Assembly: GCA_051531975.1 (NCBI GenBank)
Contig: JAOPTT010000006.1
Coordinates: 96,656 to 160,655, forward strand
Source of the DNA: Spirochaetaceae bacterium
GTDB lineage: Bacteria > Spirochaetota > Spirochaetia > DSM-2461
Reading direction: 5' to 3'
Length of the DNA: 64,000 bases
Both the position numbers and the translations under genes were made by a program. Under the pieces are notes generated by a model. That model was given only the letters and a program-made list of their open reading frames with translations, searched no databases and was not told where the DNA came from. Shown piece after piece: positions 21,054 to 30,751 of the stretch. Position 1 is the stretch's first letter. Each line of letters begins with the position of its first letter.

Positions 21054-21949
21054 TGTTAATAATAATTGTTACAATAATAATTTTAATATCTGCTTTAGGA
21101 TTCTATTTTTCTGGAAAAGTTATAAATATCAAAGTTCGTGATATGGATGTTTCATTTAATAAATTAATTAGATCGGGTGAATTTACTAGTGAGCAGTTTA
21201 ACAAACTTAATAAAGAAAACATTTCAATTAAATCTGATTATGGCTATCAGCTGAATGGTTTTTATATTACAAAAAACAAAACTAAAACAGATAAAGTCAT
21301 GGTGATTAGCCATGGGGTTGGTAATAATATATATTATTCTGTTAAGTATGCACTTTTATTTTTAGCTGAAGGATTTGATGTTGTTATTTATGATCACAGG
21401 CGACATGGTAATACTTTAGGCAAGTTTTCTACCTATGGATATCATGAAAAACATGATTTAGAAAAAATAATACAATATGTTAAAACTTCAAACTCTGAAG
21501 CTACAATTATAGGTATTCATGGTGAATCTATGGGTGCCGCAATAGCTTTACAAAATGCAGGAGAGTATAATAGTGCTAACTTCTACATCTTTGATTGTCC
21601 ATATTCAGATTTAAAGGATCAATTACAGTATAGATTACAGCTTGAATTTAAATTAAATGGTTTTTTAATAATGCCACTTGTAAATATAATTATCTTTTTT
21701 AGAACAGGCTTTCATTTTAATAAAGTATCCCCAATAACATATGTAAAAAAAATAAATAAACCTGCAATGTTTATTACAACTGAAGGAGATACATATATTC
21801 CACCTTATATGACTAAAGATCTCTATAATGAAAAAGTTGGTGTTAAAAAATTATTTGTTGCTAAAGAGGGTGATCATGCAGAAGCATTTGTTAAGAATAA
21901 AGACGAATATATAAATGAAATAAAATATTTTTTAAATGATGTAATATAA
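21053..21949 (+). CDS. Alpha/beta hydrolase with N-terminal anchor
   Basis: YDHRRHG, GESMG nucleophile elbow, GDH; DCPYSD. Confidence 0.85.
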   Translation: MLIIIVTIIILISALGFYFSGKVINIKVRDMDVSFNKLIRSGEFTSEQFNKLNKENISIKSDYGYQLNGFYITKNKTKTDKVMVISHGVGNNIYYSVKYALLFLAEGFDVVIYDHRRHGNTLGKFSTYGYHEKHDLEKIIQYVKTSNSEATIIGIHGESMGAAIALQNAGEYNSANFYIFDCPYSDLKDQLQYRLQLEFKLNGFLIMPLVNIIIFFRTGFHFNKVSPITYVKKINKPAMFITTEGDTYIPPYMTKDLYNEKVGVKKLFVAKEGDHAEAFVKNKDEYINEIKYFLNDVI

Positions 21950-21958
21950 TCAGTTTAT

Positions 21959-21985
21959 AATACCCGATATAAAATCGGGTATTTT
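21959..21985. terminator. Bidirectional terminator between hydrolase gene and rpiB
   Basis: AATACCCGAT-ATAAA-ATCGGGTATT hairpin. Confidence 0.75.
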
Positions 21986-21988
21986 GTA

Positions 21989-22432
21989 TTATAATTTATC
22001 GATATCCATAATTTTATCAATTCTTCTTTGATGTCTATCACCACCAAAATCAGTTTTAATAAACATGTTTATCATATCTTCTACAGTGTCTGTATACTCT
22101 ATACGTCCACCAAAAGTAATAAAGTCTGCATTATTATGATTTTTAGCCATTTCTGCTGTAAATAAGTTGTGGATTAGTGCACATCTTATCCCAGGTACTT
22201 TATTTGCTGCCATTGATATACCTATACCCGTACCACAACATAATATTCCAAATTCATAATCTTTTGATTTATACTCATTACAAGCTTTTAGGGCTAGATC
22301 AGGATAATCTGCTGACTCTTCACCATCAACACCAATATTTGTAACACTATAACCTAATGATTCTAAATGTTTAATTATTTTTACTTTTAACTCTGTTGCC
22401 CCATGATCGTTAGCAATTACTACACTTTTCAT
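21989..22432 (-). CDS. rpiB: Ribose-5-phosphate isomerase B
   Basis: NDHGA, DYPD, CGTGIGISMAANKVPGIRCA, HNNA, RHQRR. Confidence 0.95.
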   Translation of the reverse strand: MKSVVIANDHGATELKVKIIKHLESLGYSVTNIGVDGEESADYPDLALKACNEYKSKDYEFGILCCGTGIGISMAANKVPGIRCALIHNLFTAEMAKNHNNADFITFGGRIEYTDTVEDMINMFIKTDFGGDRHQRRIDKIMDIDKL

Positions 22433-22457
22433 TAATAAAACTCCTTAATATACTATA

Positions 22458-24059
22458 TTAATAAAGTCTTAGCTTGTCACCAATATTTAACATACTTTTA
22501 CTATTTAAATTATTCAGATGTAGAAGATCCTGATAAGGAACGTTTGTTTTTTGTGCAATTAACCAGACAGAGTCACCATTTTTAACAACGTAAATTTTGT
22601 TTGGACTGTTAGTTTTAATACTTTTTGTCTGGACTGGATAACCTGGTAGTCGTATAATTTGTCCAATCCGTAAAATTGATCTAGAATTCAGACCATTTTC
22701 ATTATATAAAGAATTTAGTTTTATATTATATTTTATTGATATACTAGATATGGTATCACCACTTCTCACTCTGTATGTTTGTAAATTATTACTACTACTT
22801 TTATAGTTAACTGTATGGGTTGTAGTTTTAGCACTGCTGTTTGTTTGCCTAGATCCTGGTAAAAGTAAACGTTGTCCAATTTTCAGGTTGTTAGATCCAT
22901 AATTATTTAACCTCTTTAAACTAATTATAGAAGTATTTGTAAGCTTGGATAAAAACCACCAAGAATCACCACTACGTACAGTATAATAATTGTAACCACT
23001 GTTTGTTATTGGTTTTGCAGTTTTTAAATATGCTATTGCTTTATCTTCTCTGTTTATTGGCACAATTATTTTTGAATAAGCTGATGGGTTACTTACTTTT
23101 CTTCTATATTCGGGATTGAATTTTAAGAATTCAGACCAACTAATACCAATATTTTTAGAAAGTTCATATAGATCAGTTCCACCTGGTATTTTAACTAGAC
23201 TTACTTCATTTGTTAGATCCCAATTAATTGGTTCAAACCCAAGAAGATCTAAGTTTTTCATTATTTTTACAATTGCTAGGTATTGAGGGACATACCTTCT
23301 AGTCTCTTTAGGAAGAGCAGTTGTTTTAATTAATTCAAAATAATTATATTCATTCACTTTTTTCATTGCTCTTGCAATTCTTCCCTCTCCAGCATTATAA
23401 GCTGCTAGGGCAGTGTACCAATTTCCAAATAAATTATTTAAGTATTCTAGGTGTTTTATAGCAAATGGTGTTGCTAACCTTGGACTTCTTCTTTGATCTG
23501 TCCACCAATTTATTTTTAATCCATAACTAGTCGCTGTTCTAGGCATAAACTGCCATATTCCTCCAGCACCAACTCTGGAATATGCATTAACATTATATCC
23601 ACTTTCTAAAAATGGTAGAAATATTAATTCTAAAGGTAGTCCTTTTGAAATAATTTCTTGTTTAACAAATGGTATCGTTTCTCTTGAGTTATCAATCCAT
23701 AAATTTAATAAATCTTTTTTATCTCTTAAAAAATATTTAAAATAATGGGCAACTTCAATATTTGCTTCTAATTCAAGACCTTCACTATTTTGTAATATTA
23801 AAAGTTCTGTTTCTGTAAATGCAGTATCGTTTTTAATTGTTGGATAAGAGCCACCTTTTAAGACAGTTAAATCATAATTTTTTATTGTATCTTCTGTAAT
23901 AAGATTTTCAGGAGTTTCTATAATTTCAATTATTTCAATATTTTCAACTTTTATACTTTCTGTTATTTCGGTAGTGATAATTTTAGTCTCTACAGTCTTA
24001 GTTGTAGTACAACTAACAATGATAAAAACTAAAAAATAAAAACAATACTTTTTTCTCAT
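22458..24059 (-). CDS. MltD-like lytic transglycosylase lipoprotein with LysM repeats
   Basis: Lipobox IVSC; ESGYN, AGGIWQFM, AAYNAGEG, ETRRYVP; three clear C-terminal LysM repeats. Confidence 0.9.
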   Translation of the reverse strand: MRKKYCFYFLVFIIVSCTTTKTVETKIITTEITESIKVENIEIIEIIETPENLITEDTIKNYDLTVLKGGSYPTIKNDTAFTETELLILQNSEGLELEANIEVAHYFKYFLRDKKDLLNLWIDNSRETIPFVKQEIISKGLPLELIFLPFLESGYNVNAYSRVGAGGIWQFMPRTATSYGLKINWWTDQRRSPRLATPFAIKHLEYLNNLFGNWYTALAAYNAGEGRIARAMKKVNEYNYFELIKTTALPKETRRYVPQYLAIVKIMKNLDLLGFEPINWDLTNEVSLVKIPGGTDLYELSKNIGISWSEFLKFNPEYRRKVSNPSAYSKIIVPINREDKAIAYLKTAKPITNSGYNYYTVRSGDSWWFLSKLTNTSIISLKRLNNYGSNNLKIGQRLLLPGSRQTNSSAKTTTHTVNYKSSSNNLQTYRVRSGDTISSISIKYNIKLNSLYNENGLNSRSILRIGQIIRLPGYPVQTKSIKTNSPNKIYVVKNGDSVWLIAQKTNVPYQDLLHLNNLNSKSMLNIGDKLRLY

Positions 24060-24066
24060 ATAAAAA

Positions 24067-24094
24067 GTATCGACCTAGTGGAAGTAAAAATCAA
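24067..24094 (-). promoter_or_regulatory. Candidate sigma28-like promoter (TTGA-N16-GTCGATAC) 7 nt before the mltD-like ATG
   Basis: Same geometry as the element at 10068-10095; no SD. Confidence 0.35.
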
Positions 24095-24886
24095 CTAACT
24101 TAAAAGAGACTCATCGTTAATATAATTTTGTGATCGAATATCATGAAATTTTTGTACTAAAGCATTAACAGTTAGTGCTTGTTTTTCTTCACCAGAAATA
24201 TCAAAAATAATTTCACCTTTGTCCATCATTAATAATCGATTACCGTATTTTATTGCATGTTCCATGTTATGGGTAATCATCATTGCTGTTAACTCATAAT
24301 CACTAATAAATTTTTCTGTTAATTCCAATACTTTTTGAGCATTCCTAGGGTCTAGGGCTGCTGTGTGCTCATCTAATAAAACTAATCTAGGATTACTTAA
24401 AACCATCATAAGTAGGGTTAATGCTTGTCTTTGTCCACCAGAAAATAGACCAACATTATCTTTAAGTCGATCTTCTAATTCCATATTTAAAACACTTAGT
24501 TTTTCTTTAAATATTTCTCTTTTTTTACTATTTAAAGATATTTTTAACCCTTTAAAACCCTTACTGCTTGTTATGACCATATTGTCTTCTAAAGTCATCT
24601 TTCCTGCTGTACCCAAAAGGGGGTTTTGAAAAATTCTACCTATGTATTGAGATCTCTTATGTTCCTTAATATTTGTAATATCTTTGTTATCTAATTCTAT
24701 TGTTCCAGAAGTAACAGGTAGATTCCCAGAAATCATGTTAAAAAGTGTAGATTTACCTGCACCATTACTACCAATTATAGTTATAAAGTCACCTTTTGTT
24801 ATTTCTAGATTTATATTATTTAATACATGGTTCTCATTTACAGTATTTGGGTTGAATATTTTGTTTAAGTTCTCAATTTTAACCAT
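24095..24886 (-). CDS. ABC transporter ATP-binding subunit
   Basis: GSNGAGKS, FSGGQRQ, LLDEHTAALDP, ITH. Confidence 0.95.
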   Translation of the reverse strand: MVKIENLNKIFNPNTVNENHVLNNINLEITKGDFITIIGSNGAGKSTLFNMISGNLPVTSGTIELDNKDITNIKEHKRSQYIGRIFQNPLLGTAGKMTLEDNMVITSSKGFKGLKISLNSKKREIFKEKLSVLNMELEDRLKDNVGLFSGGQRQALTLLMMVLSNPRLVLLDEHTAALDPRNAQKVLELTEKFISDYELTAMMITHNMEHAIKYGNRLLMMDKGEIIFDISGEEKQALTVNALVQKFHDIRSQNYINDESLLS

Positions 24887-25754
24887 TTTTTTGACCTCTT
24901 TTACTAAATTTTGTCACTATTAAAATAATAACAATCAAAAGACCAGTAAATAATTTATGGTCGGTTGGGTATACCAATAGTGGTCTAGATAAAAATAGAA
25001 TTCCTCGATAAATTGTAGCTCCAATAATTACTCTAATTAATAATAAGGATATTTTATTACTTTTAACTACAAGCTCTCCAATCATAACGGATGCTAATCC
25101 AACTATTACAACACCAATACCCATATTTATATCTGCAAATTTTTGATATTGGGCGACAAAACCACCAGCAATTGCAACTATTCCATTAGATAGACTTAAA
25201 CCAATTATTTTAAGATGTTCAGGATTCATTCCCTGGTTAATAATCATCTGTTCGTTATCACCAAGAGCACCCAAACATAGACCTAAATCAGTATGAAAAA
25301 ATCTGTTTAAGATTAAAATTACTATAATAATAATTATTAAAAATATTACAAAATACGCAACTGCTCTTGTTGGAATAAATGCTTTTGTTAAATCTACAAA
25401 CTTAGAGAGTAGAGTTGGAACTCTATTTAATGATATAAAAGGTGCCTTCATTATTCTCATATTTACAGAATATAACATTATCATTGTTAAAATACTTGCT
25501 AAAAGGCTAGGTACTTTTAACTTATTATGTATAAGTGCAGTTATAGAGCCAGCAATGGCTCCACATAAAAAAGCTAATAAGAAAGCTAGGAAAATAGGAA
25601 TTCCTGTTAATAGACATTTAGCCATTACAGCTGCTCCTAATGGAAATGAACCATCAACAGTTAAGTCTGGAAAATCTAATACCCTAAAAGTGATAAATAC
25701 TCCTAGAGCCAATAAACCATAAATAAGCCCTTCAACAAAAATTCCTTCTAACAC
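24879..25754 (-). CDS. ABC transporter permease (aromatic amino-acid type)
   Basis: FRVLDFPDLTVDGSFPLG, GLASVMIGE. Confidence 0.9.
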   Translation of the reverse strand: MLEGIFVEGLIYGLLALGVFITFRVLDFPDLTVDGSFPLGAAVMAKCLLTGIPIFLAFLLAFLCGAIAGSITALIHNKLKVPSLLASILTMIMLYSVNMRIMKAPFISLNRVPTLLSKFVDLTKAFIPTRAVAYFVIFLIIIIIVILILNRFFHTDLGLCLGALGDNEQMIINQGMNPEHLKIIGLSLSNGIVAIAGGFVAQYQKFADINMGIGVVIVGLASVMIGELVVKSNKISLLLIRVIIGATIYRGILFLSRPLLVYPTDHKLFTGLLIVIILIVTKFSKRGQKNG

Positions 25755-25755
25755 A

Positions 25756-26736
25756 TTATTCTCCTAAAATAGTAGTAGCTTGTTTCTTAATATCTTCTGG
25801 TATAGTTATACCAATATTTTTAGCAACGTCAAGGTTCAGTACAAAATTAAGGTCAGATGGATCAGTTAAAAATACTGTTGGCATCATAGCTGTATCTTTA
25901 CCTTCTAATACTGCTACAGCAACTCTACCAGATGCTAATCCTAATTTATACTGATCGAAACCCATAGCAGCAAATACGTCACCATCTAATGCTGATTGTG
26001 GATCTGCAGTCATTACAGGAACATTTTTTTCGTTGGCAATTTCTAAAATCGCAGGTAATGCAGCAAATATAGTATTGTCATTACTTAAATATAAACCATC
26101 TACTTTATCCATAATTGAAAGAGCAGCTTGTTTAACTTCTGAAGTATTTGTTACAACAGCTTCTACAAATTTAATACCATTAGCATCACAGTAAGCTTTA
26201 GCTACATTTTTTAATGATACACCATTTGCTTCACCTGAATTATATATATGACCTAAAGTTTTAATAGGCGTTATTTGATTTAATAGATCTATCTGAGCTG
26301 CAACTGGTGTCATATCTGATACTCCAGCAATCCCAGGTTCACCAACTGTTAATGAGGTTACAATCCCTGCTGCAACAGGATCAGTTACTGCTGAATAAAC
26401 AACAGGAATATCCTCTAATGTTCCAACTAATGCCATAGCTGTAGGTGTTGCGATACCAATTGCAAGATCAACTTTATCCATTTTAAATTTATTTGCAATC
26501 TGTGTTGCAGTTCCCATATCACCATTTGCATTTTGTCGATCAAACTTTGCATCTGGGAATGTTTCTTTAATTGTATCAATTATTCCTTGTTCAATTGCAT
26601 CAAGAGCTGGGTGAGCTACAATTTTAGAAATACCAATTGTTAGAACTTTATCTTCATCCTGTCCACTAGCAAATAAAGTTACGCTGTTTAAAATCAATAA
26701 CATAGTTAATAATGCTGTAATTACCTTTTTACTCAT
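25756..26736 (-). CDS. ABC transporter substrate-binding protein (ABC_sub_bind, Trp/Tyr-like)
   Basis: HPALD, NANGD, AIGIATP, AVTDPV, GVSD; SD AAGGAG before ATG 26736. Confidence 0.9.
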   Translation of the reverse strand: MSKKVITALLTMLLILNSVTLFASGQDEDKVLTIGISKIVAHPALDAIEQGIIDTIKETFPDAKFDRQNANGDMGTATQIANKFKMDKVDLAIGIATPTAMALVGTLEDIPVVYSAVTDPVAAGIVTSLTVGEPGIAGVSDMTPVAAQIDLLNQITPIKTLGHIYNSGEANGVSLKNVAKAYCDANGIKFVEAVVTNTSEVKQAALSIMDKVDGLYLSNDNTIFAALPAILEIANEKNVPVMTADPQSALDGDVFAAMGFDQYKLGLASGRVAVAVLEGKDTAMMPTVFLTDPSDLNFVLNLDVAKNIGITIPEDIKKQATTILGE

Positions 26737-26866
26737 ATAATTCTCCTTGTTCTTATCAATAGAAACATGCTTTGAAAAAAAAATCAATATAATTACAAAA
26801 TATTAATAGGTTTTTTATTGTCCACTTATCATGCAAGCAGTATATTTAAACAATAAGGAGATTATA

Positions 26867-27559
26867 ATGGATAATAATACATATCAATTTCAATCAGCTA
26901 GAGTTAATGAGTCTAGTGTAATAAAAAATATATTTATGTGGATGGCTGCAGGATTGGCTTTAACAGGTTTTGTATCCCATACACTATTCACAAACGGTTT
27001 AGCATACAAAATAGCAGCTAGTGGCTTAATGTTTCCTCTATTAATAGCTGAAATTGCGCTAGTGTTTGTAATAAGTAGAAATATCATGAAGTATAAAGCG
27101 ACAACAGGAATTATGTTGTTTTTAATTTACGCGGCACTGAATGGAGTAACTTTAAGTTCTATATTTTTATATTATACAATGGGTTCAATAGCCAATACAT
27201 TTTTTATAAGTGGTGGACTTTTTGCAGTAATGGCATTTTATGGTATGACTACAAAAAGAGACCTAACAAAAATGGGCACCTACGCTATTATGGCACTATT
27301 TGGCCTGATAATAGCGACTGTAGTTAACTTTTTTCTTCAAAGTTCTGGTTTTTACTACATTATATCTTTTGTTGGGGTAGTAATATTTACTGGTTTAACA
27401 GCTTACGATGTTCAGAAGTTTACAAAAATTAGCCAACAAATTGGTAGTGAACAAGGTGATGTTGCAATGAAGATTTCAATAATTGGTGCTCTTAATCTAT
27501 ATTTAGATTTTATCAACTTATTTCTTTTTATGTTAAGATTTATGGGAAGAAGAAGATAA
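26867..27559 (+). CDS. Bax inhibitor-1/YccA family membrane protein
   Basis: WMAAGLALT, YAALNG, TAYDVQK, ALNLYLDFINLF; SD AAGGAG. Confidence 0.9.
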   Translation: MDNNTYQFQSARVNESSVIKNIFMWMAAGLALTGFVSHTLFTNGLAYKIAASGLMFPLLIAEIALVFVISRNIMKYKATTGIMLFLIYAALNGVTLSSIFLYYTMGSIANTFFISGGLFAVMAFYGMTTKRDLTKMGTYAIMALFGLIIATVVNFFLQSSGFYYIISFVGVVIFTGLTAYDVQKFTKISQQIGSEQGDVAMKISIIGALNLYLDFINLFLFMLRFMGRRR

Positions 27560-27560
27560 T

Positions 27561-28859
27561 ATGGAAAAAGAATCAAAAATACTCGCAAATGAATTATTAA
27601 AGTTTATAGATGCATCTCCAGTTTCATATTTTGCTGTAAAAAATATGATTACAGAATTAGAAGAAGCTGGATATAAGATGTTAAATGAAGGTGATAAATG
27701 GAAATTAGAGGATGATGGTAAGTATTACATACAGAGAAACCTAAGCTCTCTAATCGCCTTTAATATTGGTTCATCTAAACCCTGGGATACTGGTTTTAAA
27801 ATAGCCGGAGCACATACTGATAGTCCACTGTTAAAAGCAAAAAACGAGTCTTTGGAAAAAAAGGCTGGTTGTTTAAAATTAAATGTAGAACCATATGGTG
27901 GTGGAATTATAAACACTTGGTTAGATAGGGATTTATCTTTAGCTGGTAAAATAACAGTAGAGACCAAAAATGGAATAGTGAGCCAGTTAATAGACTTTAA
28001 AAAACCTATTGGTACTATTCCAAATTTAGCAATTCATCTGAATAGAGAAGTTAATAAAGGTTTTGAATATAATAAACAGACTCATCTGAATGTTGTTTTA
28101 CATGGTGGAGTTGATAGTTTTGAAGATGATATAACACTTAAGGCAATAGTTGCTAAAGAGTTTAATATTGATGTTGATACCATTTTAGAGATGGACTTAT
28201 ATTTTTATGATACTCAAAATGGATCTTTAACTGGATTGAATGAGGATATGATAAGTATTGGAAAGTTAGATGATTTATCAATGTGTCATGCTATTACCAA
28301 AAGTTTATTAGACTCTAAAGAAACAAATAGTACTAAAATAGCAGTCTTTTTTGATAACGAAGAGGTTGGTAGTAATACAATGATGGGTGCTGATTCAAAC
28401 TTTTTATCCTCATTGTTAGAAAGAATTATATTTTCTACAGGTGGAGATTTAGAAGACCTATTAAGAGCTAAGAATAAAAGTTTTTTAATTAGTGCCGATG
28501 GTGCCCATGCAGGACATCCAAACTTTTTAGATAAACATGACAGTTCCTATACACCAATAATAAACAAGGGTCCTGTTATTAAATTAAGTGCTAACTTTAG
28601 GTATGCAACAACATCAGAAAGTGCTGCAAAATTTATATCATTATGCAAAAAAACTGATGTACCTTATCAGAAAATTGCAAACAGATCCGATGTTCCATCT
28701 GGTAGTACTATAGGTCCAATGTCATCTGCATCTTTAGGAATAGAAACAGTTGATGTAGGGAATCCAATGTTTGCAATGCACAGTATAAGAGAGAGCCAAG
28801 GTGTTTTAGATCACTACTATATGACAAAAGTTTTAACTGAGTTTTTTAGCAGTAATTAA
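27561..28859 (+). CDS. M18 family (aspartyl) aminopeptidase
   Basis: AHTDSP, YGGG...WLDRDL, LDDL, DNEEVGS, AMHSIRE. Confidence 0.92.
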   Translation: MEKESKILANELLKFIDASPVSYFAVKNMITELEEAGYKMLNEGDKWKLEDDGKYYIQRNLSSLIAFNIGSSKPWDTGFKIAGAHTDSPLLKAKNESLEKKAGCLKLNVEPYGGGIINTWLDRDLSLAGKITVETKNGIVSQLIDFKKPIGTIPNLAIHLNREVNKGFEYNKQTHLNVVLHGGVDSFEDDITLKAIVAKEFNIDVDTILEMDLYFYDTQNGSLTGLNEDMISIGKLDDLSMCHAITKSLLDSKETNSTKIAVFFDNEEVGSNTMMGADSNFLSSLLERIIFSTGGDLEDLLRAKNKSFLISADGAHAGHPNFLDKHDSSYTPIINKGPVIKLSANFRYATTSESAAKFISLCKKTDVPYQKIANRSDVPSGSTIGPMSSASLGIETVDVGNPMFAMHSIRESQGVLDHYYMTKVLTEFFSSN

Positions 28860-28949
28860 TTTATTACATCATAATAAAAGCTGATATAGTTGAAAAAAAC
28901 AACTAATTAATAATAATATAACCCTATAGGAAGACATTTAGGAGAAAAT

Positions 28950-30686
28950 ATGAATATTAACGATAAGGCTTTAGAATATATTAAGCTTGAAGAGCATGAG
29001 TTTTTTAGAAACGAGGTTCAAACCCTAATTGATACAGGTAACCAGGATGAATTGAATGAGAGGTTTTACCAAGATCTTTCATTTGGAACAGGTGGTTTAC
29101 GTGGAGTAATTGGTGGTGGATACAATAGAATGAATCCGTTTACTGTTAGAAAAGCTACACAAGGATTAGCTAGCTATGTTGTTAATAATGTTGATGGTGA
29201 AAAAAGTGCCGCTATTGCATACGATTCAAGAAATTACTCAGACCTATTCAGTTTAGAAGCAGCTCTAGTATTATGTGCAAATGGTATAAAGACTTATCTG
29301 TTTACTGCACTAAGAGCTACTCCTGTATTGTCTTATACAGTAAGAAAATTTGGATGTACAACTGGTATTGTAATGACAGCAAGTCATAACCCTTCTGAAT
29401 ATAATGGATATAAAGTTTATTGGGACGATGGTGCCCAGGTTACTCCACCCCACGACAGTGGAATTATCGATGAAGTTAGGAAAGTAACTACGGATATTAA
29501 AACAATGTCAAAAGAAGATGCTATTAAACAAGGCCTTCTAATAATGATTGATAAAGAGATCGATGAACCATACTTTGATATGGTAGAAAAAGAAGCTCTA
29601 CGTCCTGAACTAATAAAAGAGAAAGCTAAAGATTTAAAAGTAGTTTTTACTCCGTTACATGGTACAGGTACTTTTCCAATTGAGACACTTTTTAAAAGAT
29701 TAGGTATGCCATTAATTACTGTACCTGAGCAAAGAGAACCAGATGGTAATTTTCCAACTGTCCCATTTCCAAATCCAGAAGAAGCTTCTGCAATGGCACT
29801 CTCTTTAGATTTAGCTAAAAAAGAGAAAGCTGATTTAGTTATTGGAACTGACCCAGATGCAGATAGAATTGGTATTGCAGTACCTGATGGTGACGATTAT
29901 CTATTAATTAATGGAAATCAATTAGGTTCACTTTTAACAGACTATATTTTCAGAACTAGAAAAGAGTTAGGTACTCTTCCTAAAAATCCAGCATTTGTAA
30001 ATACTATTGTTACAACTGATTTACAGGTAAAAATTGCTGAAAGTTATGGTGCTACATGTTTTAAAGTTTTAACAGGTTTTAAATTCATTGGTGCTAAAAT
30101 GAAAGAGTTTGAAGAGAGTGGGGAGTATAATTACGTATTTGGTGGTGAAGAGAGTTACGGTTTCTTAGTAGAGACATCAGTTAGGGATAAAGATGCTCTA
30201 TCAGCTGCAACATTGGCTGCAGAGATGGCATTATGGAATGTAAGTCGTGGATTTACAGTTCTTGATCACCTAAATGAAATATATGAAACTTTTGGTTATT
30301 ATAAAGAGACCTTAATCAGTAAATATTTTAAAGGTATTTCTGGTATTCAGATCATGGAAGATTTAATGACTAATTTTAGAGTAAATACACCGACTGAACT
30401 TGGTGGAATTAAAGTTAAATCATTTATCGATTTTAACCAAGGAACTACAAAAGATATTGCAACTGGTAATAGTGTTAAAGATATAGATCTACCTGCATCT
30501 AATGTTCTACAATTTATTTTAGAAGAGGGCAGTATTGTGACTGCTAGACCTTCTGGAACAGAACCTAAAATTAAGTTTTATGCATCTTGTTGTGCAGAAA
30601 AAGGCTTAAAATTAGAAGAAGCTAAAGTTATTGTTAATAAAAAAATTACAGGAATAGAAAAATCATTACAAGTTTATCTTAAATAA
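28950..30686 (+). CDS. pgm: Phosphoglucomutase/phosphomannomutase
   Basis: FGTGGLRG, TASHNP, DPDADR, GEESYG, RPSGTEPKIK. Confidence 0.92.
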   Translation: MNINDKALEYIKLEEHEFFRNEVQTLIDTGNQDELNERFYQDLSFGTGGLRGVIGGGYNRMNPFTVRKATQGLASYVVNNVDGEKSAAIAYDSRNYSDLFSLEAALVLCANGIKTYLFTALRATPVLSYTVRKFGCTTGIVMTASHNPSEYNGYKVYWDDGAQVTPPHDSGIIDEVRKVTTDIKTMSKEDAIKQGLLIMIDKEIDEPYFDMVEKEALRPELIKEKAKDLKVVFTPLHGTGTFPIETLFKRLGMPLITVPEQREPDGNFPTVPFPNPEEASAMALSLDLAKKEKADLVIGTDPDADRIGIAVPDGDDYLLINGNQLGSLLTDYIFRTRKELGTLPKNPAFVNTIVTTDLQVKIAESYGATCFKVLTGFKFIGAKMKEFEESGEYNYVFGGEESYGFLVETSVRDKDALSAATLAAEMALWNVSRGFTVLDHLNEIYETFGYYKETLISKYFKGISGIQIMEDLMTNFRVNTPTELGGIKVKSFIDFNQGTTKDIATGNSVKDIDLPASNVLQFILEEGSIVTARPSGTEPKIKFYASCCAEKGLKLEEAKVIVNKKITGIEKSLQVYLK

Positions 30687-30702
30687 AATTATCCTTATAA
30701 AT

Positions 30703-30735
30703 AAAAAACCACCTATTCTTATAGGTGGTTTTTTT
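30703..30735. terminator. Bidirectional terminator between pgm and sulP
   Basis: AAAAAACCACCTAT-TCTT-ATAGGTGGTTTTTT. Confidence 0.85.
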
Positions 30736-30751
30736 GTATCAAATGTGTTTA

